From assembly GCA_002633005.1 (NCBI GenBank), contig NMRA01000613.1, forward strand, positions 183,855-247,854: a DNA stretch of 64,000 nt. Reading direction: 5' to 3'. Position numbers and translations under genes: made by a program. Under the pieces are notes generated by a model. It was not told where the DNA came from, ran no database searches, and saw only the letters and a program-made list of their open reading frames with translations. The DNA comes from Phoronis australis (Eukaryota > Animalia > Phoronida). Within the stretch, counting starts at the first letter, position 1. Every line of letters begins with the position of its first letter. This document shows positions 1-13,007 of this stretch, one piece after another.

Positions 1-328
1 TAGGGCTGTATCTCCTTAACACTTTGAAGGATCTTTGCGAAAATTGATAGATGGACTCCTATAAAGATGGCAACAGGTGACTATGAGTTTCAGACCAATC
101 AGACTATATTTGTGCCCTCTAACATCACTTATTTTTATGTTTACCTCTAAATCTTAGAAGTTCCTTGGCATATTTTTGTGAAATTTGGCAATTCTTGAGC
201 GGGTTTTGACGCATTCTGCTTTTTGCCATGCACTTCATTTTAACTTTAAGAATATTTACTGTTGGCAACAGAATGGATTCTCATGTTTCAATGTGTTCCT
301 ACATTTTCAAATATTTTATCTTTTCAGT

Positions 329-1602
329 ATACTCATCCACTTAGTGCAGAGGGTGAGTTGAGCCTCTTCCGAAGGTTGATGGATGCTGGGGTGTATGTGG
401 TGCCAGGAAGTAAGCTCGGCTGTGAGGAGTATGGCTGGTTCAGGATTGTATTCACAAACTACAAAGACCATTGTGAGAAAGGTGGGCGGTTTTTTCAGTG
501 ATCAAGAGGTGGTGTTAATTCTACGAAAACTGTTGCCTTTAAATCTGATCCTGAGAAAATTCAATTTCAAAATTGGTTATTTACAATGCAAAACCATTCA
601 GTCACATTGATCAATTAATTATTGTGTTATATGTAGGAGAAATCAAGTCGATCCGTTTGGTAGTTTCTTTTAGATTTTTTCTGAATGGCATTATCTTCAA
701 CTTCGAACCCAAAACAGTTTTGTATCAATTCAGGCATTGTTTTTTGTCCATTAAGTTAAAGAGACTTAAAAATATTTGAATTAAGTAATTTTGTCATGAA
801 GTTGGTCTTGCGTTGTTCCTTAGTGGTGATTTCAGGTCTTAGAAAGAAAATTGCAATTCATTATTACTTGAGACTACGAAGGGTCATTTTATGTGCCACA
901 CATTATCTCAAGCAATAGTGCCTGTTTGTTTTTCCATGTCCAAAAAACATTTCTCTTGTTAGTTAAAAATAATTTGGGACCAGTTTCGTTGTGGCAAGCG
1001 ATTTCAAATAAGAATATTTAATTTCTTTGATGGAACATCGTTTCCAGCCTTTTTCTGACAATGACTACTGTATTTAAGACTGGTTCATGCCTTGTAACAA
1101 TTCTAGCTGTTGAAAGAATGGAAAATGTGTTTACTGAGATGGACAAAGAGCCTGTACCTGAGCAGGGGAGTGCCGTGGCAGCAAATGTTCGCACTGTATG
1201 TCTAGATGACCTGGGATTAGGTGAACTTTCAGAAGCATTGGACTTGCACTTAGGGAGCTGTGCTGCAGCGACTCCTGGTGGGGACTCAGGTTGGTGGTTG
1301 GTTTGGCATATTACTGCTAATATCTAACATATGTTCAAGGTTTAACATTGAAAAGCTTCTTTTCATGAGAGTATAATTTGCCTTATTGAAGCATAAGCCA
1401 TGTTGCTTGGATTTCTTTGTTTCAAATAGGTGGCAGCACTGCCGACGACCTTGACCTCGCAGATTTGGTGGGTGTGCTGAAAACACAGATCCGGCAGAGT
1501 GACTGGCTTGAAGTGAACACTCCGGAGAAGTTTGAACAGGAAAACCCTGAAATTGCAGCAATATTCAGGGATGCTCGCCAAGCCAAACAGAAACCTCATT
1601 GA
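329..1602 (+). CDS. ACCS: 3' exons of an ACC-synthase-like (class I/II PLP aminotransferase) gene; exons 329-481, 1107-1289, 1430-1602
   Basis: Exon 329-481 encodes VYVVPGSKLGCEEYGWFRIVF, the C-terminal GWFR motif of ACC synthase-like enzymes. Phase-1 GT-AG junctions join in frame to ...LKTQIRQSDWLEVNTPEKFEQENPEI...*. AATAAA at ~1659. Confidence 0.75.
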
Positions 1603-2762
1603 TTCAGTTATTGCTGAATTAGAAACTAAACTAAAGAAATACTTAATCAGGTTATGAAATAAACTCAACTTTTGCTCCTTTCCCTCATTCAGAGTGATTT
1701 GTTCACCATTCAGTTTTCCAGCCATGTAACCCAGACTATTCAGTTTAAATGACCCAGTTCTGATTTCCTCATATGATGCAGGCTGATTTGAGTCCTCCTT
1801 ACATTCTTTTGTTCAATACTTAGGTATTTATGTTTAACCAGGTTTTGGTCATTGTAAGATGAGTGCGTTTGTGTGTGCCATTAATATAGTCTCTCATGGT
1901 GTTACTGAAGAGTAGCAATGTTCAATGATGATTGGTCATTTCTCCAATGAAGAAGCATCTGATCATTCTGATTGGTTGGAATTTCCTTGTAACATCAAGG
2001 ACTTGTTTAGATAGGTGCATTCCACCCAGGCACCTGTCCCCGGTTTTTCTATGTGATAATAAATCAAGTGAAATAAAAAATGCAAAACGAGAGTACTTAA
2101 AACCTGATCAAGGATCACGCCAGACGTTCAGACGTGGGTAGAGTTCACTCGAGCTAGTGTTTGTGTAGAAAAGCAGTTTTGGCAAGGTATGCCATGTATT
2201 TTCAAGGAAAGTACCAGACGTTCGTTAATTTTTCTTGCTGCCAGACAATTATTATGGACTCTACCCAGAGCATTTGCACAGGCGCCCACAGATGGAATTA
2301 GTGTCATTACGTTGTACAGTGCTTCTCTTCAATAGCTCTGAGAAAAAGTGTGTTTGTGTTGTGACAACTACAACAAGCTGCCAGACACTGATCAAAAGAG
2401 TAGAGACCGATGTTTTTGAACTTTTGTGCTACTTATGTGTCGATGACCACAGAACGATTGACACTTGTAATGATAACTTTTTTGGTTAAAGCGTTTTTAA
2501 CTTAATAAATAGAAAACTTACTAACTGTCTATTCACTCTCAAACTCTCACCAGGTCTCTTGGTGGTGATTGTTTGATATTGTTGAGTTTTACCAATGGAG
2601 TACATATCACATACGAAACACCAGAAGGGTACCGGGTATTCCACCAATTTTTTTTTGATCAGGTTTATCATAGATCTCTAGAAATGTTACACCGAGGATT
2701 ATCGCTTGCGATTCTTGAAGCCGGCCGTGGGTACGCGGCGCTGCCCAGCAAACGTACATGTA

Positions 2763-2993
2763 CATGCGCGCACTCAGCCATCAATATTGGGGAGCTCGAA
2801 TTCCCGTCTTCGTGGGCCTTTAGTTAACAAAATAGCCAACGGACTAAAAAAAAATAAAAAATAAAAAACAGGTGCACCACTGTGAATTGCGCGTTTGCGC
2901 TTGTTTGGTGGGTCTCAATTTCTCGGACTTTTTCTTTCTCGCGGGGGGACATTTTTGCCCTTCGCCCCCCGAGGCCCCCTGGGTGCGCGCATG
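2763..2993. mobile_element. MITE family with CATGCGCGCAC...GTGCGCGCATG termini
   Basis: Inverted termini; homologous copies at 19251-19462 and 37544-37815. Confidence 0.7.
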
Positions 2994-3439
2994 ATGTATG
3001 CAATAAGTTCAAGAGTTTACAATTTCCCTAACTGAAACATACCCACATGATCAAGCAACTGCTGGGCTCAAATAAGATGCATGTATCAAAATCGTCTACC
3101 ATGAAAACAAATATACTTTTCGGCTCTAGGCCCATGTGAAAAATGTCACCTTTATACTATCACTAAAGGTGTTCGCAACTCCACCACTTTTCAACCAAAT
3201 CGCGTAAGGGTCATCATTAGGAGACTCTTCATCACTTCTTGTGAGATTATACCACAAGCAAATTACATGTACGAAGAGCTAAGTACATTGATTTTTTTAT
3301 TCTTTTGCACAACTGACCAGTTTAAAACTTTTTAATTCTAAAAAAACACTGAACAGTGCCAAAATTCTAGGAATAACATTGTTATAATGAAACAATTTAT
3401 GCGTTAATTTGGCTGATTAATTGACTAATTACGTGTAAT

Positions 3440-4006
3440 GTCGGTTAACTTAAACAAGGAAGTCAGAGCAGAGTTCGGGACATCTACTTGTACAAAATCG
3501 ATCAAGCTGTACCTCGACGCCACAAGTACCAACCGGGTCTTCCACACAACCTTACTGAGGGCTTTCCTGGCTCGCTCATCCGTGGTCAGCTCACCATCAC
3601 CATCAAGTCACGTTCAAGGAAGTTCTTATCTCCTCTTCACTGGAACTCTGTGCGCAGTCTCATGAAACAGTCCTCTATAGGAACTAACTAAGTTCCTTAA
3701 GTCTACTGCAATTTTGTGGACTTGTTTAGTTTCATTACTAAGTCATATCTTTTGATATTATCGAAAAAATATATCTTTTCACGCGACGCCCCTAACTTGG
3801 ACTAAGTTCCTATTTATTTTCACTAAATTCAGGACGCAGTTTTTAGTCATGTTATTAGACAATGTCATAGTCAAAGAGGAGCTCGTAGTCAAGATGAAGT
3901 GACAGAAAAAGATGACATACGTGAGGGAAACAAAGACATATAGGCAAAAGATTTAGGGTATTTATAGTTGAGACCCTATTTGGGACTATTTCGTGCAACA
4001 CGGCAC
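3440..4006 (-). mobile_element. Possible Harbinger-type transposon relic (Myb/SANT-like start)
   Basis: Minus strand reads RGDKNFLERDLMVMVS. Terminus TTCGTGCAACACGGCAC resembles the end of the 12629-12780 MITE. Heavily degraded. Confidence 0.3.
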
Positions 4007-4486
4007 AAAGCTCCTAAAGTTGCTAATCAGTCATGAGATTCCCTTCCATTGCAGCAGCATTGCCGTCGTGAAAATTACCAACATAACCTCTCCTGGGTAG
4101 GTGTATCCTGTCATGTCCTTCAATTGGAACGTTCACTTCCGTGCTAAAGACATCGCCGATTTCACTGTGACGTTGTCGCTGACGCAATCTCTCATTTTAA
4201 TTGCCAAAACGAAGAGGACGACTCCAAAATATCAGTGTACTCAAATATTACTTTGAAGAGGTAGCACTGCGTGGATTGTGAATTTGGAATGTCTAAACTG
4301 AGGAGTACTAGGTCTATCCGTTTAGCAAGTGCTTCGCAATAGTAAGTCTAGCGTCTGATAATGCACGCAGTGTGTCTGACTCGATCACTGGCTGAATCAC
4401 TAAATCTTTTCATCCATTGTTTTAAGGCTACCAAGGGAATGATGATAAAACCACATAGTGTACATGAAACCGGAAGTACAGCCTCC

Positions 4487-4627
4487 CGTTCAGTAACGCT
4501 AGGACCTCGCTAAAAAGCAAGACTTCGCGAGATTACGTGAGATATTGCCGTGCGTTTTAAATATGAACACGTGAGTTTGACTAGGTTTTAGCTAGGTCCT
4601 AGCGTAGGTCCAAACGTCTACTGAACG
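4487..4627. repeat. Short palindromic interspersed repeat
   Basis: CGTTCAGTA...TACTGAACG ends; core related to the inverted pair at 55008-55294. Confidence 0.55.
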
Positions 4628-5183
4628 CACGCCAGTATTTGTTTGCTGCGGGATTGACGTCAATACAAAATGGCGACTGCCACTGGCTAATGAAATCAAA
4701 AATACGAAAACTAAAATATTTCAATAATAATATAACATCCATTGCGAGTGTTTCTGGCTTAATTGCTCAAGCCAAAGACTATAACTGAAAATCTGCGATT
4801 ATTTAGAGCAACGATCACAATCGACCCTTGCCAACGGGTTTTACCCTCCGACACAGCGCCACCTACATGTATACTGAAAAGTGGCCCTACCATTCATAGC
4901 ACTGTGAAAGAGTGTAGGCGACACTAAGCAAAACGTCATTACTTTCGGTTGGAGGAACTGCTTTTTTATTGATTTCATTTGTGTAAAAATCGACTAAAGA
5001 TGTTTAAAATACTTTTCGTAGTAGGTAAAGCATATCAAATTGACCAAAAAGCCTTAAAGCCAATCAACAGAATTTTGTTATTGTATTGGGCTAACCCGAC
5101 CGGGTTGTCCTAGCAAAGCCTTTCGCAAAATATGAGTATGCAAGCTTAATCACTCATATGTGGGTCTGTCAAATGATGGATAT

Positions 5184-5656
5184 TCGACATTGGAACCTCG
5201 GTGTAAAACAGATATACCGGAGTAGAAAACAGATTCCCAGTCCCGTACCGTCAACAACTAGGCCTAACCAGCCCGGAAAACACGAACCCTGACCTTTGGA
5301 ACAGGAACCCGGGGATCGGACAGGCATATGGACACCGCACCGGGACCGTCCAAAACACCACAATCCCGCACTTTCTGTCAAACACTCAAGTTGTGTTTTA
5401 TTATTGACAATCATTAACAAAAATGCAGAAAACACCTGGAAAGCACATGAAGATCCTTTAACTCAAAGTTTGTAACTATACTGACATCGTGTCAGAAAAT
5501 TTGAAAAATTATACAGGTTTCCCTGTCCAATCCCCGGGGTTCTTGTGTTAAATGTAGGGGTTCGTGTTTGTCGGACTGGTTAGCTGTTTTAAATGGGGAT
5601 TGTTTTCAGTTTTCGACTCCGTGATATCTGTTTTACACCGGGATTCCAGTTTCGAT
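5184..5656. mobile_element. MITE with ~140-bp imperfect TIRs
   Basis: CGGTGTAAAACAGATATACCGGAGT (~5199) is matched by ACTCCGTGATATCTGTTTTACACCG (~5616) in inverted orientation. Confidence 0.7.
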
Positions 5657-6397
5657 GGAACACCTTGAATAGCTGCATCGAATAGAACAACTTTCTGTGC
5701 GGGTGTTATTCGCAGCATTTTGTGAATTAAAATGACATTTTCGCGATTGCATAAACAAACGCTTGCTAATAAACCTAACAGTTCATTACAATTGGCAATT
5801 TATGGCACTAGTGCCATAAGATCGAGCGTGCATGCTCTTTACGACATAGGAGCCAAAATGAAATTTACAGGTGTTGTCGTTCAAGATTGGCTTGACAACG
5901 TAACATTATTAAAACGGAACTGGCGCATGGACTTGCACTTCTCATCCAATCTCAACACACAGCCATCGTCGCACTCGTTGCATATTGTCACCCGGCCTAC
6001 AGAATGTGCAGAGGTTCTGTGACAAAAAAGCTTTTCAAACGGCAGATTAGTTGGACAAACTACGGTCGACACTTCCAAACTAAAACACCTAGTCTCAGGA
6101 CACTGAGCCACGCGATCCTTTTTCATGCTGACGGTATTCGTTTTCACAAAAAAACTACTGAGTGCATGAAGTCTCGAATGAGATGTTTGTGTTGTTTTCT
6201 TATCAACAACATTAAACAGCAAAGGAACGCACCGACGGAGTTTTAGCATGCAAAACACAGAATATGCGAAGTGTCTGTACACTTAATGTGGCGAAGAGTC
6301 ATTGTTCTACCTCAGTTGTGATAAGTTCGGTCGCGTTTGCTTTTGCTTACGAGTCAGTCAACATACCACTCTGTTGCTGCGTACTGGGGTGTACTCA

Positions 6398-7167
6398 TTA
6401 TCGACTCACGTACAGAGGAAGAACTGTCCCACTTGCCCGAGTGTCCTGCGACTCACTCCCACTGGAGAGTGACCTGAGCACCAAACTGCTTACATCCCGC
6501 CGTGTGACCCCATCGCCACACATCTGGCACCTTCTAAATAGCTCCAATACAAGTCCACAATAAACTATCAAACTTAGGCTCACTGATCTGTTCATTGGAT
6601 GACGAACTGTCCTCTTCACTGGGTGTCGAACTGGGACTGTATTCGGCACCCCCACTACTCAACATCGCTGCAGGGCTGCTTACAGGCTCTGGGCTAGAGA
6701 CAACAGCACAGGGCCAATCACTGCTAGTTCCCGGAATTGCACACAATGGGGTACTTTCGGAGGCACGGGTGACAGTAGATGAAGTGCCTCCAGTCACTGT
6801 ATATAGTGGTCACAGCTCGCGAGGCTTCGCGCTTCAAAACGCACTTCTCGGGGTTGGCGACTGGGCACTGCCGGGAATCAACAGCGACGGTATGGTACCC
6901 CTTTTCTGGCGTTGTTTCGCAGGGACCTTCATCAATTCAGCGTACATATCCCTGTCGTAACCTGACGGCAGAAAATGCTTGCCACACACTCGGTAACCCT
7001 CCACTGCTTTGTAGGTTGCGTGGACGGGTAGCGCTTCGTTCTTCACATGAACGAGCTAGCCAATTACGGCGAAGTGTGGCATCCTTCGGAAGCGATACAA
7101 GGTACCCAGGCAAATGGCGTGTGAGACGATAATGAGTACATCTCGGCACCCAGCAACAGCTTGGCAT
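6398..7167 (-). pseudogene. Frameshifted THAP-domain transposase N-terminus (Kolobok-like)
   Basis: MPSCCWVPRC...LPKDATLRRNW / RVCGKHF...YDRDMYAELM...TIPSL fits a THAP C2CH finger. It is followed by an acidic Ser-rich linker and EPKF..LELFRRCQMCG. Several frameshifts. Confidence 0.7.
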
Positions 7168-7265
7168 GTTGACTGACTTGTAAACAAAAGCAAACGACGA
7201 TCGAACTTATCACAACTGAGGTAGAACAATGACTGACTCGACAGCTCTCACAGTCAGACTGTAAT

Positions 7266-8387
7266 CACAGGCGCTTGGGTTTATCGCAAATGACGTCACT
7301 CAATAATATATATAAGAAAACATAAACGTTGGACACTCGAAATCTGTTTGCTCAGAATTTTCTACTCAAATGTGCATGGAACTCCACGAAACTAGCATCG
7401 GACAACTCTTAGAATATCTTCTTTCATTTGATCTCTTCAAATTGCCTTCGAGTGGTGATTTGGCGACAAAAAAGCCAAAAGAATGCCAAAATCAGAAATT
7501 CAAGGACCTGATTCCGTGATGTCATGGCAGACAGTCTTCGCACATCCGGGTTTTGACCGACGCTCCCGAGCTAAATCCGAAAGTCTAATTTCGCGCGGCT
7601 TTCGCCGTCAATCCATCGACTACTTGATCATGAGAAGCAGAGAGCACTTTATTGCCAAATAAATGTAATTACTCACATATTTGTGTCAAATATAAATTAT
7701 CCTGATACTGTATTGATATGCGAAGTTTTTTGTGTACTGTGATTTCTTATGAAGGTTTTATTTTTGGCCAAAACCATTGAGTTAACTCGTCGGCCACGCG
7801 CATTGTAATACTTGCACGGACTGCGTTTCCTGGCCGAGTGTGTGTTGTGCTTCAATCAAAAAAGTGCGTGATGTCAAGATGAGAAACAAGATACGCCAGT
7901 TTATGTAATAAAATTCTAAGTTAAGGGCTAAAATGAGCCGTCAGTGGAATAAAGTTACAAATAATCATTAAAATACTAACTTTAACATTCTCAATTAGTT
8001 GAGTTTTGGATTAGAATTATTGAATTTGAAATATAGGTTGCTTGCTCAAACTCGAAGTTTCACCTACGTCAGGCGTACAAGTTGAAGCACAACTGAAATC
8101 CGCCATGTTTACTATTTCAGGTCCTTGAATTCAGAGTTTTGAGATTGTTTTGGAAATTCCATCGCCACTTCACCACTCACGAAGACAGTTGATGGGATCT
8201 AGGAAAGATAAGGCTTCGAATGTTTATGCAATACCAGGCTAAGGGAGGTGCACGCAGATTTTATTTGGATTTTGGACGGTTGAAGTTGGGAGCCTCGGCT
8301 AAACAGATTTCGAGTGTCCAACCTTTATGTTTTCTTATATATATATATATATTGTGACGTCATTTGCGATAAACCCAAGCGCCTGTG
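7266..8387. mobile_element. Non-autonomous P/hAT-like TIR element, 1122 bp
   Basis: CACAGGCGCTTGGGTTTATCGCAAATGACGTCAC termini; imperfect TIR ~245 bp; exact 8-bp TSD ACTGTAAT at 7258-7265 and 8388-8395. Confidence 0.85.
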
Positions 8388-9093
8388 ACTGTAATGAAAA
8401 GAAATTGGCGCGAAACTCTTGCCTCCCAAAACGTCACTTCCGGAGTAGAGGACGAGAAATTAATCAAATTACGAAATGCTGTAATTAAGTGAAAAATGTG
8501 TCTAGGATAATCAACGAACCTTATTTTTGCTAAAAGTGACATGAAAAAAGGTTGCCTTCGCCTTTAAGCTTTGATGCAAACAAAACAAAAGCGACTAAAA
8601 CAACAGACCGTCCGATTGAGATGAAACTGGTTAAGTCCTAACTGTTATAAAGGTATCGTTATATTCAAAGATATTTTAAATTGCACTTGGAATTCTTTTA
8701 GGAAAATTGCTTGCCTTATTGGCTTGCCCCCTATTGTGCTGTGGACCTCTGATTCGGAATGCGACCACACATGATAATCTGCCGTCAACATTCATCTCAG
8801 CTGTTTGTCGAATGACTGAGCGCGTGCGCGTGTTTATCATAAGTGGGAGGGAAATTAGAAACTATTCGTGTATTTTTTCCTTCGCGCGTATTTCAAAATT
8901 GCGAATTCTATGTATTTTTCTGGAAATAGAGTGTAACTCTATACTAGATGATACTTTCGTTCGCGTTCCATGCCTCTTTAAAACAATTATGCCCGCAACA
9001 TGTCATCAAACACCGCCCAGCTACTGCCTGTTGTATCTGGTCTGGTAGGTTTGGAGCCGATGTGTGTAGCCGGACCAAAATATGAACGTCACA

Positions 9094-10371
9094 TCACCGG
9101 CATATAAGGTAACAAACAAACATTATCAAAACAACGGCACATGCAATCACGACCCAACGCAATGTTCCTTGTTTGAAAAAGTTCACAATTTTGTCCTTGA
9201 TTTTACTGTCGCCAGATTTTTTCTTGTCTTCTGAAGAGTCGTCCGATTTTTTCTTGCTTCCTGAAAGACGGGGTAAAATGAGCAAACTGCCTTTTAGACT
9301 CAATGTTAAATACATGTACTTTTGTGTAAGCATATCTCGTTTCACGAAACCACTAATTAAGCACAACTCATTTTATGCCCCCTTATTAAGTGACCTTATC
9401 GGAAACCGCCCTCCCTCATATTCTTGACCAATCATCGTCGACTAGTATATTCAGCGTCATCCCCAAGCTTTAGATAGCACAGATCGGTTGGTGAGGAGAA
9501 ATTTACTTGGCAAAATTCTGACATATTTTTTCAAAAATCGTGGGAATATCACGAGTAATATTACGTTTTATCACCTCTCAAAAATTTGCTGCAGTATGAT
9601 ACCAAAAATCTAAATTACCGTTATTTATGAAGCAATTTAGGTTTAAATCGTTGAAAGATTGACGTATTGAATTTAAAAGCAGGTTAATTTCTATGGTGCT
9701 TTTTGGAACTTGTTTATTTTATCACATTTTATCAAGATCAGTATCTGGTATATAAGTATTCAGAGATCCAAGTGTTCGAGGTTTTCTTGTGTCTCTCTTG
9801 TCTGAGGTGAGCGTCGTCAACGGCCAATCAGCCCGCAGAAGGGACATCATCTCACCGAGCCTCGAATGTCGCCATCTTGAGGCTTGATGGCGCGGCTACT
9901 AGTTGGCTTCATCTTTGTGAGGGCACAATTCCACACTAAACACAGCCTGAACATCCGATCGCTGGTTGGGGCAGTTGAAAAGTGATTACTTTGTTCAAGG
10001 AACCTCACCGGTCAGAAACATCGCCGACTTAGGCACGAGTGAAATGATAACGCCTGATTACTAACCGAAACAATCGTGTCAGGTAAGGACCCATTATGTC
10101 TCAGAATGGCATTTCTCATACTACGTGCATGATTTACGCACTGTTCTCTAAAATGTTGTACTGTTTTTCAAACACTCCATTTTGTATGATGAAGCTTTCA
10201 AAATGAGACTTTGTTGAATACAATGAAAACGAAATGATAGTTTACAAAACCGAATCTTCATTTTGACCATTCATATGACTAAATTTGGACGTGTTATTGA
10301 AACCGTTATACTGCTTCCTTTTCCCTGAATAGAACTAAAAGGACATGCTCACCTGACGGCAGATTCAAAAT
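9094..10371 (-). CDS. Terminal exons of a putative tail-anchored membrane protein (exons 10371-10353, 9260-9094)
   Basis: A 19-nt cag|...|gtgagc microexon joins in phase 1 to GSKKKSDDSSEDKKK...RWVVIACAVVLIMFVCYLICR*. Upstream exons were not found. Confidence 0.45.
9453..9898. mobile_element. Interspersed TIR repeat, copy 1
   Basis: Internal sequence is the reverse-complement homolog of 28237-28887; GCCATCTTGAGGCTTG terminal motif. Confidence 0.6.
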
Positions 10372-11397
10372 CTGTAATTTCACCGAGTTGAAATTTGCAG
10401 TTTTGTGAATATTCTGCTAATTATTCAGACTTGTCTACAAGGTTCTACATAACTATAAAACGATTAGAAGTGATCTATAGCCTCTGAATGAACTGACAGT
10501 GCGTGACCATTGCTAGAAACCAAGCTCAACAAGACTTAATTGTCAGGGCGGGTAATTTTATCTAGCATGGTCTCAAACAATAGGCCTAACTATCGAACTA
10601 CATGTACCAATAGTTTTCGAACCCAGAAATTATCTCAAATCTTAGTGAGGAACTAGTTGAGTCTTGTTTTTGCCCGCCGACCTACGCAAGGATTAACACG
10701 CGGCACAGGGCACCGAAAGATCGTTTACTTTTGTTTTGATGCCCAGCGTTTCGGATAAACGTACATGAAAACGTTTGCTGTACAGGTCGACTTTAGTCAA
10801 ATGTCCTTGGGACTGGGCGTAAATTTTCGATCTGAAAACTGCTGCTGGCAACTGAGTTCTATGTTCACGATTGTATGGCGAGTCATCTATTCCATGAGCG
10901 ATGATCAGTGGATAGACACCTTTCATTCGCTTCGCAAATATTACTGCATTGTCATCGATGACTGAGACATTGAACAGCGTTTCTTTGCATTAANGATATA
11001 TTCGACAGTGGTGGCTCATAGCATTTTGCTGTCATGTGCAATTAGTCTCATCTGGTTTAATTTGTTGATCAAGAGTATTATCTTCAAGCATAGCCTAGGT
11101 CCTGGTGAGGTAGGCACTACCGGGACTAACAGTTGATTTGTCAATGATCTGAAATAATACTTGATGTTATTAAATATATATTTTGATTACGATAAAAAAC
11201 TAGGCTCGCACTTGAAAATAAAAATTATATGACCATCAATTCTGCTTTCTTGGTTTTAATAATTACGTCTATTTCATGTGTTATATTTTTCAAATATCAA
11301 TCTGGACCAAGTTGAATTTTAAAATTAAAACACCTAATTATTTCGTCCAAAGCATAACCTCGTTTTAGAGCTCAATTTCAATTAACTGGACAGAACA

Positions 11398-12087
11398 CAG
11401 AGGCGGATTTAGAGGGGAGCCAAGGGGCTATGCCCCACTAGGAGCCCCCCCTAAAATTCTCCCAGATTCCATTTGGCAGTTCAGGAGCGCAATTTCTGAC
11501 GGGCAAAATCCTGGCTAATACTCTGCCTTGCCCCCCTCCAACTGAAAGTCCTGGATCCCCCTGGAACAAGCATAGTTATCATGTTTCTTCAGAGGCCTCG
11601 TTCATATCCGAGGGGTAAGGTGCCTCATGTGTGTGCGGCCTTCTGATCGAGAGGGGAACGTTTCGCCGAGTGACGGGTCAGTGAGAACTCTACTGACTTC
11701 CCGATCACCATCAATAGCACCCCGCTCTTTTGCAAGCTCTCATAGCTCTGTCTCAAGTAGCATTTTCAGTGGCTGATCTAGGATACCATATAGGTAGGCC
11801 TAGTGAGGGGGCCCGACATCCTCGGAGAAGCGGGCAAAGCGCGATTGTATGCACGCAGGCGGCCCCGAAGTTGCGGGCGCCGAGGATGTATACCTTCTGC
11901 TCAGGAAATCTGTCGTTGGACTAAAAAAAATAAAACGGAACGTGTTTTGCCCCCTCGTCCGCCACCGCTCCTAGCTCGAACTCAGTACAAGTTTCCTCTC
12001 GCTTCGTCACGTTTTGCTGGTTTATTTTACTTGCGGCAGTCAAGGGGGGGCAGGTCCCTGCCCGCCCTCCCCCTAAATCCGCCTATG
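11398..12087. mobile_element. Two GC-rich MITEs (11398-11563 and 11767-12087) with CAGWGGCGGATYTAG-type termini
   Basis: Inverted termini; homologs at 20187-20351, 37493-37920 and 47779-47946. Confidence 0.6.
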
Positions 12088-12628
12088 ATTTTGTACTTTT
12101 TCAAATTGTCACCTCTGTGGTCACAGGTGATTTGAACCGTTGGAGAGAAATTTTCAATCACAAAGGGGACTTTAAGGCCTCGTGGTCGGGAATTTCGCGT
12201 GATTTTTCAATATTTTTGAGAGGGGAATAGGGGAGATATTTGGCCCCAAAATTGAGGGATTGAGGGCCCTATCCTTTTTGTAACGAAAAATGCATCGCGC
12301 TTCAACACATAGTCATGAAAACGCAGCCTGGCTGGCCGAAGAATCCCCGGTCCTCGTTGCTATGGCGACATCCAGTCCGAAATGCGACAAATTCCGATTC
12401 GAAAATAGTTATAAATTTTACACGGACATATTTTCCTTCGTCGCGGCGTATGGCAAGGACCCAACGCTTCCGAATCCCAATGTCCTTAGGGATTGTAAAA
12501 CAGAGAGTGTCCGTATTTTTTCTAGAGGTTCGAGCAACGCGGAATACAACTAGGCGGATAAGCTACCAGAGCTATCGTAGCGAGCCTCGTTTTGGAACGC
12601 GACTCCTGTTGGCGTGAATAGAGTCTAT

Positions 12629-12780
12629 GGGCCCAGTTGCATAAGAGTTATACGCCGTATAAAAACAATGACGTAGCATTATCACGCGTCACGTTGTTAT
12701 TGTTGGACAATTCACCTGACGTCACGCAACAATCAAACTTATCCTGCGGATAACTTTTGAAGCTTTATGCAACCCAGCTC
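12629..12780. mobile_element. Harbinger-like MITE
   Basis: GGGCCCAGTTGCATAA...TTATGCAACCCAGCTC inverted termini. Confidence 0.55.
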
Positions 12781-12839
12781 AGGTCTTATGGCTTTCAGTA
12801 ACGCTTGAAGTAATTTGCGAGTGAAGTATTGGTCTGATA

Positions 12840-12999
12840 TGTCATGCCGCATTATGGCATGTAATGTCATGAAAAGTACACTGATGACTGATTAATGCAG
12901 ACGAGGTATATTAATGAACTTCCTGCAAAGGGAACATCGAAAGTGAGATCAGAGCACTATATAGTAAGCAATTATAAAATGTGGAACGATATCGTCACA
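12840..12999 (-). repeat. Putative 3' LTR (160 bp)
   Basis: Minus strand TGTGACG...CATGACA, immediately preceded by purine-rich AAAATGAAGA. No second LTR is available to confirm it. Confidence 0.6.
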
Positions 13000-13007
13000 T
13001 CTTCATT

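Noticed and set aside
10693-10990. Minus-strand ORF of ~100 codons next to a single N
   Set aside because: No recognisable motif and no usable splice context.
12356-12369. RFX X-box-like GTTGCTATGGCGAC
   Set aside because: No associated gene found; it lies among repeats.
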